Of a DNA stretch of 64,000 nt, positions 12,603 to 26,808 are shown in pieces (the first letter of the stretch is position 1; every line of letters starts with the position of its first letter). Both the position numbers and the translations under genes were made by a program. A model generated the notes under the pieces. That model did no database searches, was not told the origin of the DNA, and was given only the letters and a program-made list of their open reading frames with translations. The DNA is from Felis catus (Eukaryota), in contig NC_058368.1 of NCBI RefSeq assembly GCF_018350175.1, forward strand, positions 225,558,001 through 225,622,000, read 5' to 3'.

Positions 12603-14984
12603 CTGCTTAGACACTATTTCTAATTATGCTCTCACATCTGAAAGTGGGTACTTTTTTTTCAAAGTTCTGGGAAGATCGCAAGATCATTAAGGTTTAGAGA
12701 AATGGGTTCTACAGAAGCAGCCCAGGACGTGGGTTATACAGCATGAAGGAGGCCAGTAGGTTAGTGTAAGCGGATGGGATACTTACATCGATAGTGCAGA
12801 CCAGCTCCTCTCTCCCACTGGGAAAAATGGATGTCAGCCCAGCTAGGAAAGCTGGTGGGGAGGGACATCCTGACCCGGAGGATGTCAAGGACAGCACGGA
12901 AGGACAGCAGAAGGGATGGCTGGCTTCCTTCGCCTTTGAGAATAAATAGTTGGCCTCTCATCTGTCTGGAAAAGGAATAATGCTAGGGATCTTAGAACCG
13001 AGGATTTCCAGGGATCGTTTCTTCCAGCCTCTTCTAAGCAGGTGACAGATGGTCACGAATATTTCCTTGCACAGGCGAGACTGTATCGTCGTCCCGACTC
13101 AGCACAGCTGAGAATCACTGTAGGTCGCCTTGACATTTGACGATGTCGTAGAAATGGAACAATTTTTAAAAAGAGAAGATGTAACTTTGAAAAGTGACCT
13201 GTGATACTGAATTCTGTTTGCAATGGAATTTTGAGATTCTCTCAGTGGTGTCTCAAACCATCCCCGCTTTGTTTGTAGTCCTGCCCCCTGCCGGTCCCCC
13301 CGGTCCCCCCAGGGACAGTTTACTGTTGTCCCTCAGCTACTCTCTAGGACTGCCTGGCAGAGGCTTTGGAGGAATTCCTGGAAGGGATGCCAGGGTTCAC
13401 ACAGGTCATTTTCCGCCAAGCATTTGTTGAGTAATTTGGGGGAAGAAAGGGCGGAGCGGATCACGTCGTTCCGCTGGGTCATTTCGTGTGTTGAGTGGAC
13501 GTGGCCCCGGATGCTTTGTCCAAGTCATCTGAGCGCTAAAACAAGCACGGTGGGCACAGAGGGCTTCCCTTGTATGGCTCGGGCCTCCCTCTGTGTGCTG
13601 TCTTCTGCTTGAGGGTAGTGAGGGCTGGCCAGTCCCGGCCTGGAGAGTAACCCGGATGAACCGGAAGAGGCAAGGGGCTAACCAGCCGCCATCTGTCGAG
13701 GGATTCGTGGCTGGGTTTCACAAACCCGTTAAGAAATTGAATCAATGTCTGGAAGCCAGAGGCAAAAAATAAATAAATAAATAAATTTTTGGCACCTGCT
13801 GCCCAGTAAACCATTGTGAGTGAATGCACTTAGGATAAAACTGAAAATAAGACCCAGTGAATGAGTTGATTTTCCCCGTGCGAAGGAGAAGAGAGCTGTT
13901 TCTTTACGTCCAGTGTTAAGCCAGTGTAGGTAATTGCTCAGTGACAGCACAGGTGTGACCTAGAATCTGTACTTCTCGTTACTTTGTGACTTTTTTTTAA
14001 ACCGATGCCCTCGAGTGTATGGCTTTTTTAATGTGGTTGAAATTGTTTAAGACTCTGTTCTTACAGGGTTTGTTCACTGTGTCTATATCTCCGTCTCCGT
14101 CCATCCATCCCAACCAATGATGAGCACATCTTTTCTGATTTCCTCAACCAAATTGAAGAATAGCATAGAAGTAATATCATGTTTGTATGCAATATCACAT
14201 GTTTGTATATTGATACTTAAAAGTTTGTTTTCTAAGTTGACATTATTTGGTTGGATCTTCCCGGTGCACCCAGTTCGGGAAATAAAAATCACCATCACTG
14301 TTCTGCAAATCTGAATAGTCTCAAAAAGGTCACTACCTGCCATGGTCCCTGTGAGCCCCCAAATGTGGTGTGGAGATGCTGGACAAGCCTGACATTTATA
14401 TCACTCTGTGTGGTTTGTAAAGTATTTTCATTGGATTGATCTTCTTTTGATCCTTATAACAAACGTGTCACCCAAATCTCTGATTTTTAAAATGTCATGT
14501 AAGAGGATCTTTATTACCACTTCTCTGTTGCGTAGACAGAAGCGATTTTGGGGTCCATCAGTGTCTGGGACCTGACTTCCTGGTATAAAAGCTAGGTGGC
14601 TGGGGGTGAGATTCATTCCTAAGGGACCATCTCCTCTGGGTTTAAGGATGACTTTTCCTTAAAAAGTGTGAAACCATGCAGGGGTTAAGAAAAAGGTCCC
14701 AGAACCTAACAGCTACTTTTTCATTCTGTCCCTGCAAGACTTCAGGTTCAGTCCCAAGGTAGAAATAAAGTTTTTATGCTGTCTGCTGTTTTAATTAAAA
14801 GTCATTTTACATGGCAGGAAAAATCCAGGGTGAGTTGTTTTGTTTGTTTGTTTGTTTGTTTTACTTTGTCCCCTAACCCCAGCTTTTTTAGAGCTTGTTT
14901 TAAGGTATCAGTGTTACTATTAGGTTGTGCTTACCTATAAATGCACAGCCTTTTCCTCCTCTTTGTCCTTGCCAATGTATTTAC

Positions 14985-15078
14985 TTTTTATGGTTCTAAG
15001 TAATGCCTACACCCAGTGTGGGGCTCGAACTCACAACCCCGAGATCAAGAGTTACACGCTCTGACTGAGCCAGCCTTC
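14985..15078 (-). mobile_element. Short (old-type) Can-SINE
   Basis: 'aagtaatgcctacacccagtgtggggctcgaactcacaaccccgagatcaagagt..ctgactgagccag'. Confidence 0.8.
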
Positions 15079-15759
15079 ACCCTTCTAAAATTCTTAAAAA
15101 AAAAAAAAAAGTGAGCAGCTGGGAGTTGGAGTGTTGGGTTTCATGTCAGGTCAATATAAATAAGAAATAGCTGGGTGAATTGGTGGTGTTCTTTGATGAA
15201 AGTCTCTTTCCTGTGATTGTCGGGCTAAGCAGAAGGGCTAATACTCCAAGGGCTCTCTGTGTAGACCAATTAATTTTTTACTCGCCTAAAAGCATCCCTC
15301 TTTGTCTTACAGAAATTCCAGGCCTCGAATTGCCGTTGGGATCAGACTTGCTGAATAAATAGTTTATATGTTCGTCTTCTCAGTTACTTTGTGTGAATAA
15401 AGTGTGAGCCATCTGGGCCCCTCTGTGCTTTTATCTCGCTGGCTCTGAAAGAGCCAACTCGGCTTTTGTTTTGAGGTCAAGGCAGATGTACAAGTCTACC
15501 ATGTTGATTTCTTTGGTGTGGCTGGCATGGATCTTAGCTGCTTTGAGATGTTGAGAAGATTTCAAACCGAGTTGGGGAAGAACAACATAAATTGGTGGGT
15601 TGTTTTTTTTTTTTCTTTCCATCGAAGTCTACTAATGCAAATATTGCATGAACAAGTGTCCTCTGGAATAAGTCCATTTATTTAACACCATTTGGATGTT
15701 TCTCTAAATTTGTTGTTCATCTTAGGGTTTGGGTTTTTTTTTGTTTTGTTTTTCTTTAT

Positions 15760-15990
15760 TTTTTTATTTAAAAAAAAAAATTTTTTTTAACGTTTATTCA
15801 TTTTTGAGACAGAGAGAGACAGAGCATGAATGGGGGACGGTCAGAGAGAGAGGGAGACGCAGAATCTGAAACAGGCTCCAGGCTCTGAGCTGTCAGCACA
15901 GAGCCTGACGTGGGGCTCGAACTCACGGACCGCGAGATCGTGACCTGAGCCGAAGTCGGACGCCCAACCGACTGAGCCACCCAGGCGCCC
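15760..15990 (-). mobile_element. Can-SINE, felid type
   Basis: Full-length reverse-complement copy. Confidence 0.95.
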
Positions 15991-16978
15991 CTGGGGGTTT
16001 TTTTGTTTTGTTTTGTTTTTGCCAGATGTTTAACTTCTGTATGGATCCCGCAGTGATGATTTGGTTTCAGCGTATATCAGAGAATGTCAGAACGTGAAAT
16101 ATTTTGGTGTTAATGTGTTATGGGAAAGTCCCTCTTCCCAAACGCAAAAGTCTGCATCGGTCTCTAAATGTATCGTCCTGATTTGACCTTTTTCTTTGCC
16201 ACCTTGTGCTCGTATAGTTGTACTTCATTCTAGGGGCATGAAGACTGTGTCGTTAATAACAAATTTGGTCATAACTGGCTTCTATGTGAATTTGTTGCTC
16301 TTAAGATTATGCCAGAAGCGGTCTTGTGAGTGTATTTTTAGTTACCTTTGGAAAAGCCATTTTGTTTAAAAGATGGGTGGGGCAGGGGATAAAATCACTG
16401 TTGACCAGCAGTTTGCAGCTTGGGCCGTGGCAATCTGTAGATGCACGTAACGTGCGGATTATGGAGTGATGCTACTTTCAGTTATCAAAATGGGAGGAGA
16501 AAAATGCTTTAAAAATAATTCATTCAAATAAAGACTGAAAGTGCTGCTTCTCTAGTTCCTATTATTTTAATCTTCCTAAGTGATACTCCTATTTCCAAAT
16601 GTATTTGAAAAAACTTACCTGCCCACGAGGGATGCCGATGCCCTAGGCACAGCTCAAGAGGAGCCTTGATCTGTACCGTCCAGGACTTGTATTTAAACAC
16701 CGTAACCAGCCATGGCAACTGGTTCCAGTAATGGTGGTTGATGATCCTGAGATAGACACCAGCCTCTTGAGTTGTCTGGTGGTGAGACTGGTCCTTCTCT
16801 TCGTAGCCGATAGATATCAGCTACTAGTGTTTCTCAAAGACTTGACTAGTCCTAAATGGTGTCAGGAGAAGTAGGTGGGGGGGGGGGGGGGTTGGCTAAC
16901 CCAAGTTTGGGAAAGGCTACGTTATTTTTTAGAAGTTTAAAAAGCACATTTAATCTTACTTTCTATAATAATGTTTGT

Positions 16979-17100
16979 TTCCTTCCTTCCTTCCCTCCCT
17001 CCCTTCCTCCTTCCTCTTTTCCTTCTTGTTTTCTCTTGTCTTCTCCCCTCCCCTCCCCTCCCCTCCCCTCCCCTCCCCTCCCCTCCCCTCCCCTCTCCTG
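16979..17100. repeat. Polypyrimidine compound repeat (CCTT)n/(CCCCT)n
   Basis: Read directly. Confidence 0.9.
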
Positions 17101-17354
17101 TTCTCTCTTTAGTCCCAAACACCAGGAGAAGCTATTGGTAAAATTAATGCCCATTAACAGGACTTCACTTTGAGAAATCTGACCCAGATGTTGGTTCCTT
17201 TTTTGTGATCGCTACTTTCATTTGGGTTCTCATCAGCATTAATCAGCTAATAGCAACATTGTCTTTAGGAGATGAGTCCTGTGGAAGTACTGTTTGGATG
17301 CCTTCCTATTTTAAAAAACCATTAAGGAGTGTGTTTGATTATTGTGTGTCCCTC

Positions 17355-17480
17355 TTCTTGGGCTCTGAGCTCCATGAGGGCGGAGGCCGGGTTTATTTTG
17401 TTCTACATCACCTTGGCTCCTCCCAGGACACTGCCACTTAACAAGTGTTCAATAAATAGTGAGTGGATGAAGGAATGAAG
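17355..17480 (+). mobile_element. L2 3' end fragment
   Basis: 'tgagctccatgagggc..gtgttcaataaatagtgagtggatgaaggaatgaa'. Confidence 0.75.
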
Positions 17481-17614
17481 ATGAGCTGTGTTCTAGACTG
17501 TATACATTTCAAGTTCTGTCACCCTGCCACCTGTGTTGAGGGCAGTGGTTTATCTTAAGTAGTCTGAAGAGACGTATCTCCGCAATGAAATATGATCTTG
17601 GTGATAAAGACAAC

Positions 17615-17800
17615 AGGGTCCCAGCTTGACTGCCACCGACTGAGGAACTCAGGACAGTTACATAACATTAATCATCTGTTTTCTCACCTGTGACACGGTG
17701 ACAGTTCTACCTTTCAGGGTTGGTTTGAGGAAAGGGGGGGTATATGAGGGTGCTTAGGGATGAGTCAGCATTGTGTATGCTTAGCACCTGTCACGTATTA
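17615..17800 (+). mobile_element. MIR fragment
   Basis: 'cagttacataac..ctgttttctcacctgtgacacggtgacagttctacctttcagggttg..tgcttagcacctgtcacgta'. Confidence 0.6.
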
Positions 17801-17814
17801 GAAAGTGTCGTCCA

Positions 17815-18029
17815 GGGGCACCTGGGTGGCTCGGTCGGTTAAGCAGCCGACTTCGGCTCAGGTCATGATCTCACGGTCCGTGAGTTCGAGCCCCGCGTCG
17901 GGCTCTGTGCTGACAGCTCGGAGCCTGGAGCCCGTTTCAGATTCTGTGTCTCCCTCTCTCTGACCCTCCCCCATTCGTGCTCTGTCTCTATCTCAAAAAT
18001 AAACATTAAAAAAATTTTTTTTTAAAAAA
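17815..18029 (+). mobile_element. Can-SINE, felid type
   Basis: TSD agaaagtgtcgtcc. Confidence 0.96.
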
Positions 18030-18831
18030 AGAAAGTGTCGTCCCAAAGGCACGCCCTGTCCTTTAATGATTCCCCGCCTTTCAGTGCCAGCTGGCTCCTT
18101 ACAAACCTGTTGTGCCCACCCAGCTTGTCTCCATCCCGTTTTAGTTGCTTTGACAAAGAGAACTGAGAGAATGTCAGCATTGGGAGCTGGTGAGTGACAC
18201 TTGGGCTGTTCCGTGATGACCAACATCTAAAAGAATTTTTTTATGGTCGTGGACTGTCGGGAGCCAGGTGTTAGCCTTTATGCTTGGGTGTGGGAGAGAA
18301 GGAAGAAAAGGGATCTGGCAGATTCGTTCTAGAACATACCGTCTCACACCCAGAAATGACTGCCACCCTTCAGTGGTTTCAAGGTGGTTTTCAGTGTTGC
18401 GAAAAAGCTTGGTGCGAGCCAGCCTTCATCCAAATCCTCTTTAGTCTTATGACACTTAAATGTAGTAATGTTATAATTAATTCTCCAGGAGCTTGTGTTT
18501 TTGTTTGGCCTCATTTCACTTTGACAAGAAAAGCAACGATACAACCCAAGCACACAGTTGGCCACAATTGGTGCATTTGATGTCCCTCCTCACCTGGGTG
18601 CTGCAGCTCGGTGGTCCCCAGGCCTTCTGATTCCTGCATCCAGAGATTCTAGACCGACATAGTTATCCTGCCTCTTACATTGTCAGGTAAGGGCATTGAA
18701 TAACTCTTGCCATCATTTTAATTTTAAAAGACAGTGTCAACATACTGAAAGTGGGGAAGATGTGATCTCAGAATAAAGGATAACTTTTTAAAGGGAGGAA
18801 ATTAAGCTTTATGAAAACTAGTTCCATTGTC

Positions 18832-18893
18832 TTTTTTTTTTAATTATTTTTTTTAATGTTTATTTTTGAGAGAGAGAGTGCGAGTGGGGAAGG

Positions 18894-18945
<52 letters not shown>

Positions 18946-19067
18946 AAGCAGGCTCCAGGCTCTGAACTGTTAGCACAGAGCCCGATGCAGGGCTTGAACC
19001 TGTGAGCTGTGAGATCATGACCTGAGCCGAAGTCAGATGCTCAACTGACTGAGCCATCCAGAGGCCC
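18832..19067 (-). mobile_element. Can-SINE with expanded (GA)n
   Basis: About 22 GA units inside the element. Confidence 0.93.
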
Positions 19068-20530
19068 CTCATTCCTTTCGTTTAAGGACAAGGTTTGATT
19101 ATTTTTATACAGCTCGTTAAGGCTTCGGTTACGTGTTTTGGTAAGATAATTAAGACGGTTATATTCAAAAAAAGAAATATGTATCTGGAATCCCTCTGCT
19201 TCAGATAAAATCTTACTGGAAAGTTTACACGTTGTCCAGACTGCATAAGCCCCTTCGTGTCTTAACTGGGGTTTTTGTGACATTTTGAGTTTTGCAGACC
19301 TTGACTTAAAAACCGCCGAGAATGATCTAATCAGTATCACGCTGATTCTTAATGTTGCTATGACTTTCACCTTATTTCATAGTTGGGTTGGCCTACTTTT
19401 AAGGACAAAAATTAGAATACAGGGTGAAACTGAGAATTAGTGGTGGAATATAGGTTCTCTTGCTTTTCAAAAAACAAACAGAAAAAACCAACCAGCCATT
19501 TGGTTCTGGTAGGTTAATTTATTAGCGAAAAGATCAACGGAGTAAGATTTCTTGTTTGTTTTTTAATATCCCCCTTGCCATACTTTCCTAACTATGTATT
19601 TGCCCTTTTTGATCGTGAATATGGAGAAAGCAAAGAGCCAGTTAGTCAAGTTGCTGGAGAAAGTGTAGTGGGTCGTTGGATATACTCTCGATTTTCAGAA
19701 ATCTTTGTTCTCTGTTCCACCTACCTCATCAAGGGGTGCTTTGAGAAGGAAAACAAAACAAATTATGTGGAAGTGAAAGGTCTGCGTGAATGTGTGCTGT
19801 GGGCCTGATCGCAGGGCAACGTGTTTCTTCTGTGATTTTCGTAAAGAATTCGGAGCCCGATGGATCAGCCTTGAGCTGGAAAAGGAATCGATCCTTCAGA
19901 GAAAAAGAAGTAGATAAAATTGTTTGGAAGAAAATCGTTTTCTGATAGTATGATTTGAAGGAATCGTTGTAAGGATGCCCAGGGGAAAGAAGATGGAAAC
20001 AGAAACAGCTCCCCAGGTTTAAAGAGGGGAGTAGGCAACGGAGAATAAGAGCGTGGACTGTGTATTGTGACTAGTTCAGAGGCCGATTCGACTGGAGACT
20101 CGGACAAACCCACTTTTCCTGTTGTGCCCACTTTTTCCCTCTCGTGTGTCAGTCTTTTTGGTCTGTTGGGATAAAGTATAATAAAGCTCTATGGGTTCAG
20201 TATTTGAAGTTCTTATGCAACCTTGTAATTATTATTTATTGGTGTCCTCGCTTAGCCTTCCCAGCCTAACCTGTGCAAACCAGTTTTGAAGCTGTTAGTG
20301 AGTTCAGAAGACCTGCAAGCTTTCTGGCTGAGTGTTAATGTCCAGTTGTCATTGTCTGGGATGTTTTACTTTCTTTACAAAAGAAAATCTGTAATTTTAC
20401 CCGTCACTGTATATTTGATGTATTATACTGGAGTCCAACTCCGTAGCATGGATGCGGTTTTAAAATGCTGTTCCATTTTAATTTTGATTTTTAGCAATGG
20501 GTGGACAAGAGTGACTTTTAAAAATATTTA

Positions 20531-20636
20531 GGGGCGCCTGACTCTTGATTTTGGCTCACGTCATGATCTCGTGATTTGTGAGATCAAGCCCTGCGTCAAT
20601 CTCCATGCTGACAGCCTAGAGTCTGCTTGGGATATA

Positions 20637-20684
<48 letters not shown>

Positions 20685-20770
20685 CTGCCTCCCTCCCCTT
20701 CTCTCTCCTGCTTACACACACACATGTGCTTTCTCAAAAAATAAACATTAAAAAATATTTAAAAAAACTA
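20531..20770 (+). mobile_element. Can-SINE lacking the A-box segment
   Basis: ggggcgcctg joins directly to actcttgattttggctca; long (CT)n. Confidence 0.88.
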
Positions 20771-21204
20771 AAAAATTTATTTAAAACATTAGATAAGGGA
20801 GTTTTAGGACCTGTGGAAACAAATGAAACAAGTATTTTGAACCCGGAAAGTATCACACACACTGATTTGTCCGCAAGCCTGCACTTCGGCAGCAGCTTGG
20901 CATGCTCTGATGGGGCATTTTGGACTCCCAGCCCTGCCTGCTACGTACTAACCACAGGACCTTCAATAAGGACATTCTGGGTCCTAATTTTCTTGTTCAT
21001 AAATTGGGGATTAGAGTAGCACCTGCCCGGAGGGCTGATTGCCAGATGGAACATGGGCATCTGCCAGGTTATACAGATAAGAATTGCAATAATTATATAT
21101 GCATATGTATATGCATATGTGTATGGAGATATTTGTGTATATGTGTATGTAGATGTGCACGTACAGGTTATAAGAATATTGTGAGTGGGTCATTGCCATA
21201 GCAC

Positions 21205-21417
21205 TTTATTATTTTTTTTTTTACATTTGTTTATTTTTGAGAGAGCATGAGTGGGGTAGGGGCAGAGAGGGAGGGAGACAGAATCCGAAGCAGGCTCCAG
21301 GCTCTGAGCTGTCAGCACAGAGCCTGACACGGGGCTCGAACCCACGAACCGTGACGTCATGACCTGAGCCGAAATCAAGAGTCAGACGCTTAACCGTCTG
21401 AGCCCCCGAGGTGCCCC
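21205..21417 (-). mobile_element. Can-SINE
   Basis: Reverse-complement body; flanks ..agcacttt. Confidence 0.92.
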
Positions 21418-22842
21418 TGGCGGAGCACTTTCCAAGGTGAGGGTAGGTGTGGGGCAGGTTTCTAACTGGAGCACGTGGGAGGTTTTGGGACACGGGAAGG
21501 CAGGTGCTGAACCAGGCCAGCTGGGCGTGGTGTCAGCTGGCTGCCAAGGTGGCAGGGAAGGGCCTTGTGGCTGTGTGGCCATGGGCTCGGGGCTGAGAGC
21601 ACAGAGGTCATGGGAGGAAGCAGGGCGAGCAGAACCAGAAGCCACAGCAGGCTTCCTTTGACAGTTTCACGATTGAGCCAGTGGGCTAAATCACATCAAG
21701 CCGTGCTTGCTTCTCTTGGCCTGTGCTTCTCGGTCCCCTGCACCTGTGCATCGTAACCACCCTCTCTGATGCTCCAACAGCCCTGTGACCGGGAGTGGGA
21801 GGTGTTTGTGCAGCCTTGAGATAGATTAGGAAGGTTCCAAAAAGTGGACCTGTCCGTGTCAGGTCGCATCACTAAAGTGTCAGGACCATCGTGAGGAGGT
21901 GATTTCCCTGGTGAACTTGGTCTGCCCCTGCACCTTTAGTGCGGCACCTTTTAAAGGTACTTTCAGGATCCATTTCTCAGTCTGCCTCTTCCCTTCCCTC
22001 GATCTCCGCTCCCTCTCTTGACTGTATCTTCTCAGCCTCTCGCACAGTGCCCAGGCCTGGCGTCAGTACGTTTTGAACAAAAGAGCTCTTGGCAAGAGGC
22101 AGGCAGGCCGACTTAAACCCCCCCAGCTCGGTCAGCGCACACATCAGAAAGTACATGCATTTCAACTCCGACAGGTATGGGGACACGTTTTCTAAAGTGT
22201 GCATGTAAGTGTGAAGAGTTTCCTATGAGGGTCTCTGGCCGAGGGCTGACTGTATACTGTGAAACCAAGAATGTACTTGCCGCCTGACTTTCTGTTTGTT
22301 ATGTAATCCTACCCGCACTGCTAACGATACTCCCGAAAGATTTGTCTCCCAGCTTCTGTGATTGAGGCCTGTTTGTGTAGTTATCAGATACTGTGCTAAT
22401 CTCAGCAGGAAGTCTCATGGCTGTGCCTAGTTGTGGCCTCATGTGTGCCTCATGTTTAGGGAAAAACAAAAAACAACAAAACTCCCAAGGCCCCGAGCCT
22501 GGAATAAGGAGGCCAGGACAAAGAGATCATCGACTTTATTCTTAGACACACTTTCAAAAAAGCTTATTAATGAGAAACAGTTTGCAGGAAGAGTTGGCAT
22601 AGAAGTCAGCTTCCATTGTGAAGAGTTCAAATAGAACGTGGCTTTGTTGAAGGGCAGCCTGAATTCGTTATTAGTGTCTCAGACCACAAAGCCTCCTCCA
22701 GTTTGACGGTCCGTGGAGCTCATGAGACACAGCTATCCTTTCTACCTGGGAGGAAGTGGAAAAATTAGCATTGTTCAAATGAAAGTTAACTTCCGGCCCC
22801 GCTGTCTCCTGCTTGCCTGTGCGTGATTTAAAAGGTATTTGC

Positions 22843-23049
22843 AGGGGCGCCTGGGGGGCTCAGTCGGTTGAGCGTCTGACTTCGGCTCAGGTCATGATCT
22901 CGCGGTCAGTGAGTTCGGGCCCCGCGTCGGGCTCTGTGCTGACAGCTCGGAGCCTGGAGCCTGCTTCAGATTCTGTGTCTCCCTCTCTCTCTGACCCTCC
23001 CCCGTTCATGCTCTATCTCAAAAATAAACATTTAAAAAAAATAAAAATA
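22843..23049 (+). mobile_element. Can-SINE, felid type
   Basis: TSD aaaaggtatttgca. Confidence 0.96.
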
Positions 23050-23566
23050 AAAGGTATTTGCAGAGGCCAGTCTGGTGTCAGTGCAAGGTAAAGAAAGACG
23101 TTTTAAGCTGTTTTTCTAAAATCTGGAAAATTTGCTGGACTATCCGCCTGGGCAACAGAATCGTTTGCATTGTTAATCATCTGCGCTGACCTTTGGTTCG
23201 GTGCAGAAATACTGTCTCCGTTTGAATAGGCTTTGCCCAACCCACAAAATGATTACATGTAATATCTCAATTCTTCTAACACACCGTGCAAAGACTTAAA
23301 ACTGAACTCATCTGAAACCACGCGTTGTTTCTGAGTAATACTTTTTTCTGGGTCGGTCTTCAGGGTTATTATGTAAGCAGCTTCTAAACATTTGAAATCA
23401 CTTTCTTTTTATTTCTTAAGTAACGATACCTTCCCTACGTTGAATCTTTCTTTTCCCCCCATATGTTGGTTTTGTTGGTAGCAGCTACTTTAAGCGTTTA
23501 CACCGTTGGGGGGTTTTTTTGTACCGTGTTGGCAATTATCACCTTTCCTCTGAAGACATAGAAACA

Positions 23567-23761
23567 TTTTTCTTAAATGTCTGTTTATTTTGAGAGAGAG
23601 AGAATGAAAAGGGGAGGGGCGGAGAGAAAGAATCCTAAGTAGTTTCCGGGCTGTCAGCACAGCACCCGACATGGGGCTCGAACTCACACACCATAAGATC
23701 ATGACCTGAGCCAAGGGATCAAGCGTCGGATGCTTAGTGGACTGAGCCACCCAGGGGCCCC
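23567..23761 (-). mobile_element. Can-SINE, diverged
   Basis: ggggctcgaactcac..gatcatgacctgagcc..tgagccacccagg. Confidence 0.9.
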
Positions 23762-24369
23762 GACATTTTTAATACTCGGCTCAGTTTCCAGTGTGCGAGT
23801 AGCAGCTCTGTTCCTCCTAGGAGCAAGGGTTAGAGCATGAAGTGTTTTTCACAAGGGCTTATTGGGACACAGAAAAATCAGGTGTTGCTGCTGAGAAATA
23901 CAAAGCAAAGAGCCTCATGGGGCAGGTGTGCTTAAACGCTTCCGTGTTATTTCTGTCTTTTTAATTGCTCTGTTACGGGTCATCAGTAGGAAACCTGGCC
24001 AGAGACTGTCAGAGCTTGGCGACATTCTGTTCACCCCATTCTCCTCTCCTCCTTCATCCGCAGATCTCCCCAACTTTTACCTGGCCGCCCGCACTGCTGC
24101 TCTGTTCCTCCCCCTCCCGCTAAACTTGCAATTACAGCGCACAGATAGCCTCTTTGAACTGTAACGGAGTGGCTTGCCAAAATACAGGGCATGGGAGAAC
24201 CGAGGCTTGAACCCCGGTCGTATAGACAATGTTCGATGTTAATCACTGCTTTGGTATCTTGCTTCTGAATTCTTGTTCCCCCGAAATGTGCTACTAAGTC
24301 ACCCAAGCACATAGACCCTGAGGCTCTTCTTCCTTGATATTCAGATGGTTGATATTCTACAGCTTCTCA

Positions 24370-24587
24370 CGGCGCCTGGGTGGCTCAGTCGGTGGAGCGT
24401 CCGACTTCGGCTCAGGTCACGATCTCGCGGTCCGTGAGCTCGAGCCCCGCGTCGGGCTCTGTGCTGACAGCTCGGAGCCTGGGGCCCGCTTCGGATTCTG
24501 TGTCTCCCTCTCTCTCAGACCCTCCCCCACTCATGCTCTGTCTCTCTCTGTCAAACATAAATAAACATTGAAAAAAAATTTTTTTTT
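24370..24587 (+). mobile_element. Can-SINE, felid type
   Basis: Full body; flanks atattcta. Confidence 0.94.
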
Positions 24588-25221
24588 AATATTCTATAGA
24601 TTCTTCCTTGTGCGCTGATAGTCCTTGAATTCAGATCCACATCTGTTCATGCTGGCTGTTTCATGGGACCCATTGCCTGCATTCGCTTTCCCCACCCCGT
24701 CACACAGGGGTAGGTACATAAGTATAGTATTGGGAGTAATAATGGCATCTGTTAAGCATGGCTGGGTACCACACCACGCTCTTTCTAACCATGGTCTCAT
24801 TGTCCTATGAGGCTTCTGCTCAAATTACCTCGTGTTGTCTCAGGCAGGGGCTGTAGCAAGGGCTCTCAGATTGTCCTCCGGAGGGGAGACTATGATCTCA
24901 GATGCTGTCTAGTGGTTCCTGGTTGTCACCAACCCCACTGTCATCTGAGCTGATTTGCCAAAACCCAGTTCGCTGGCCCCACCCCGGACCTCTACCCATC
25001 AGAACCACTGGAGGTGGGGCCCAGGTGACAGCGTCTTCTGGTAATTCTTCACATCCTCCACACAGCTGGAGGATGACCCCTAGGTCTAGCTTCAGCCTGG
25101 CCTTTGTTCTGGGTCTTATGCACCGACCCAGGCTCCTTCTTCTGGGGCCGTGCACAGCACTCTGCATTTCTAACTAGGTATTCAGGGAAATGGCAGAACC
25201 CAGTTCAGAAAGCAAGGCGAT

Positions 25222-25332
25222 GGGGTGCCAGGCTGGCTCATTTGACGGAACGTGTGCCCCCCGATCTTGGGGCTGTGAGTTCAAGCCCCACCTTGGGTGT
25301 AGAGAGTACTTACAAATAAAAATGTTTATGAA
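25222..25332 (+). mobile_element. Short (old-type) Can-SINE
   Basis: ggggtgccaggctggctc..gtgagttcaagccccaccttgggtgtagag..acttacaaataaa. Confidence 0.8.
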
Positions 25333-26808
25333 AGAATGAAAAAACAGAAAAGCAGAATAACAGTGCTGATTCTAAGTCACAATGACCGTCACACTAAAAC
25401 GCCTTATGGGAGAATTAAACGTCACTTCTCAGCTTTCCCGGGACACACCGCCACCCACCGAGGTAGTCACGGTGCCGATGTAGGAAATTTACCATGTGAC
25501 TTTCAGTCTGGGTTGCTTACCGGTCTGTACGTTCAGGGGGAAGGATGTTTCTTGTAAAAACCCATTGATCACATGGCTGTTGCTAGATGCTCTCACACTT
25601 ACTGGTTTTGAAGTAGCGAATTTTTTAAAACAAGGATGAATCCCAAACAGGGGTTCTTAGTTTGAGAGTTAATCCGAAATTGTAGAATTCTCTGCAGACT
25701 ATCAAAGTTCCTGGGAGTTCTGGTTTTGCCTCAGTACTGTATTTGAGAGAAAAATGGAGCCAAATGCACCAGTTGATTCCTTAACATTCACAGTCCTGGT
25801 GGAGAGACGGAAAACACCTTGTCGTAGAAAGTTGTACGGAGAGATCTGTTAACGTAGCTCTTAAATTCTCAGTAAACTCGATTTAATGACTTTTGAGGGC
25901 TTTAGTAAGTGTTAATAGCGTACCTAGTAATTGCAGAGAGATCCTTTTCCATCTTACAGAAAATACTCCCACAGACTTAAAAAATATATATCTTATTCTC
26001 AGGTCCCTTGCAAGCGAAGAAATTGGATCTCTTGCCTGGCACCTTTTTGCCGGACTTCACGTAAATGTGCCGGCAAACGTGTCACTTTGTGGAAAGTGAC
26101 AAGACCGCTGGGGAGATCAGAAAGGAAGCCTATAGCAATGGGCATCCACCTGGCATTATGAATGCCCACCGTTCTCTGCACCTGTCTCTTGATGTCACGG
26201 GACCTTGCACTTAGAACAGGAAATGGTAGCTGACTGCCATGACTTCGTGCCCAGGCAACGCCAGGACGGCAGCCACGTGCACAGATTTGCCCTTGTAGGA
26301 GATGCCAGCCTGACTTATTTTGCAGCCCGGTGCTCAGGACCCCTTTACTCTGCCAAAAGGATTCTATTTTTCGCTTATTGTTAATGAAACAGAATGCGGT
26401 GTTTCGAGATATCCCAGTCATCTGAAATAATGCCTAATAAAGTGATTTCAATTACAGGCTTCTAAGACAGACTAAGCGAATGATTGCTGGCGACTTCTCA
26501 AGACTTCTGAGTTTTCCACCTAAACCCCAGGTGTAGCTTTGCATGCCTGTGTTTGCCTGATTTCGTTACGCTTGAGATGCCCATGCTCTGTGCATCCCAG
26601 TGTCTTCCAGCCGGGGGCATTATAGCATTTGGAGATGTGCGGGGTTCTGTCCCCTGGTCACTGAAACTGAGGCCAGACATTTCAGGGTCAGGGTCTGGGC
26701 ACTAAATACATGCCCATGAATGATAAAGAACTCTCCCGGCCGAACGCCACAAGTACACTTTACCTTGAACCGGGCGCTCGTGTGAGACCCCTGGGTTAGT
26801 GTTGCAGG

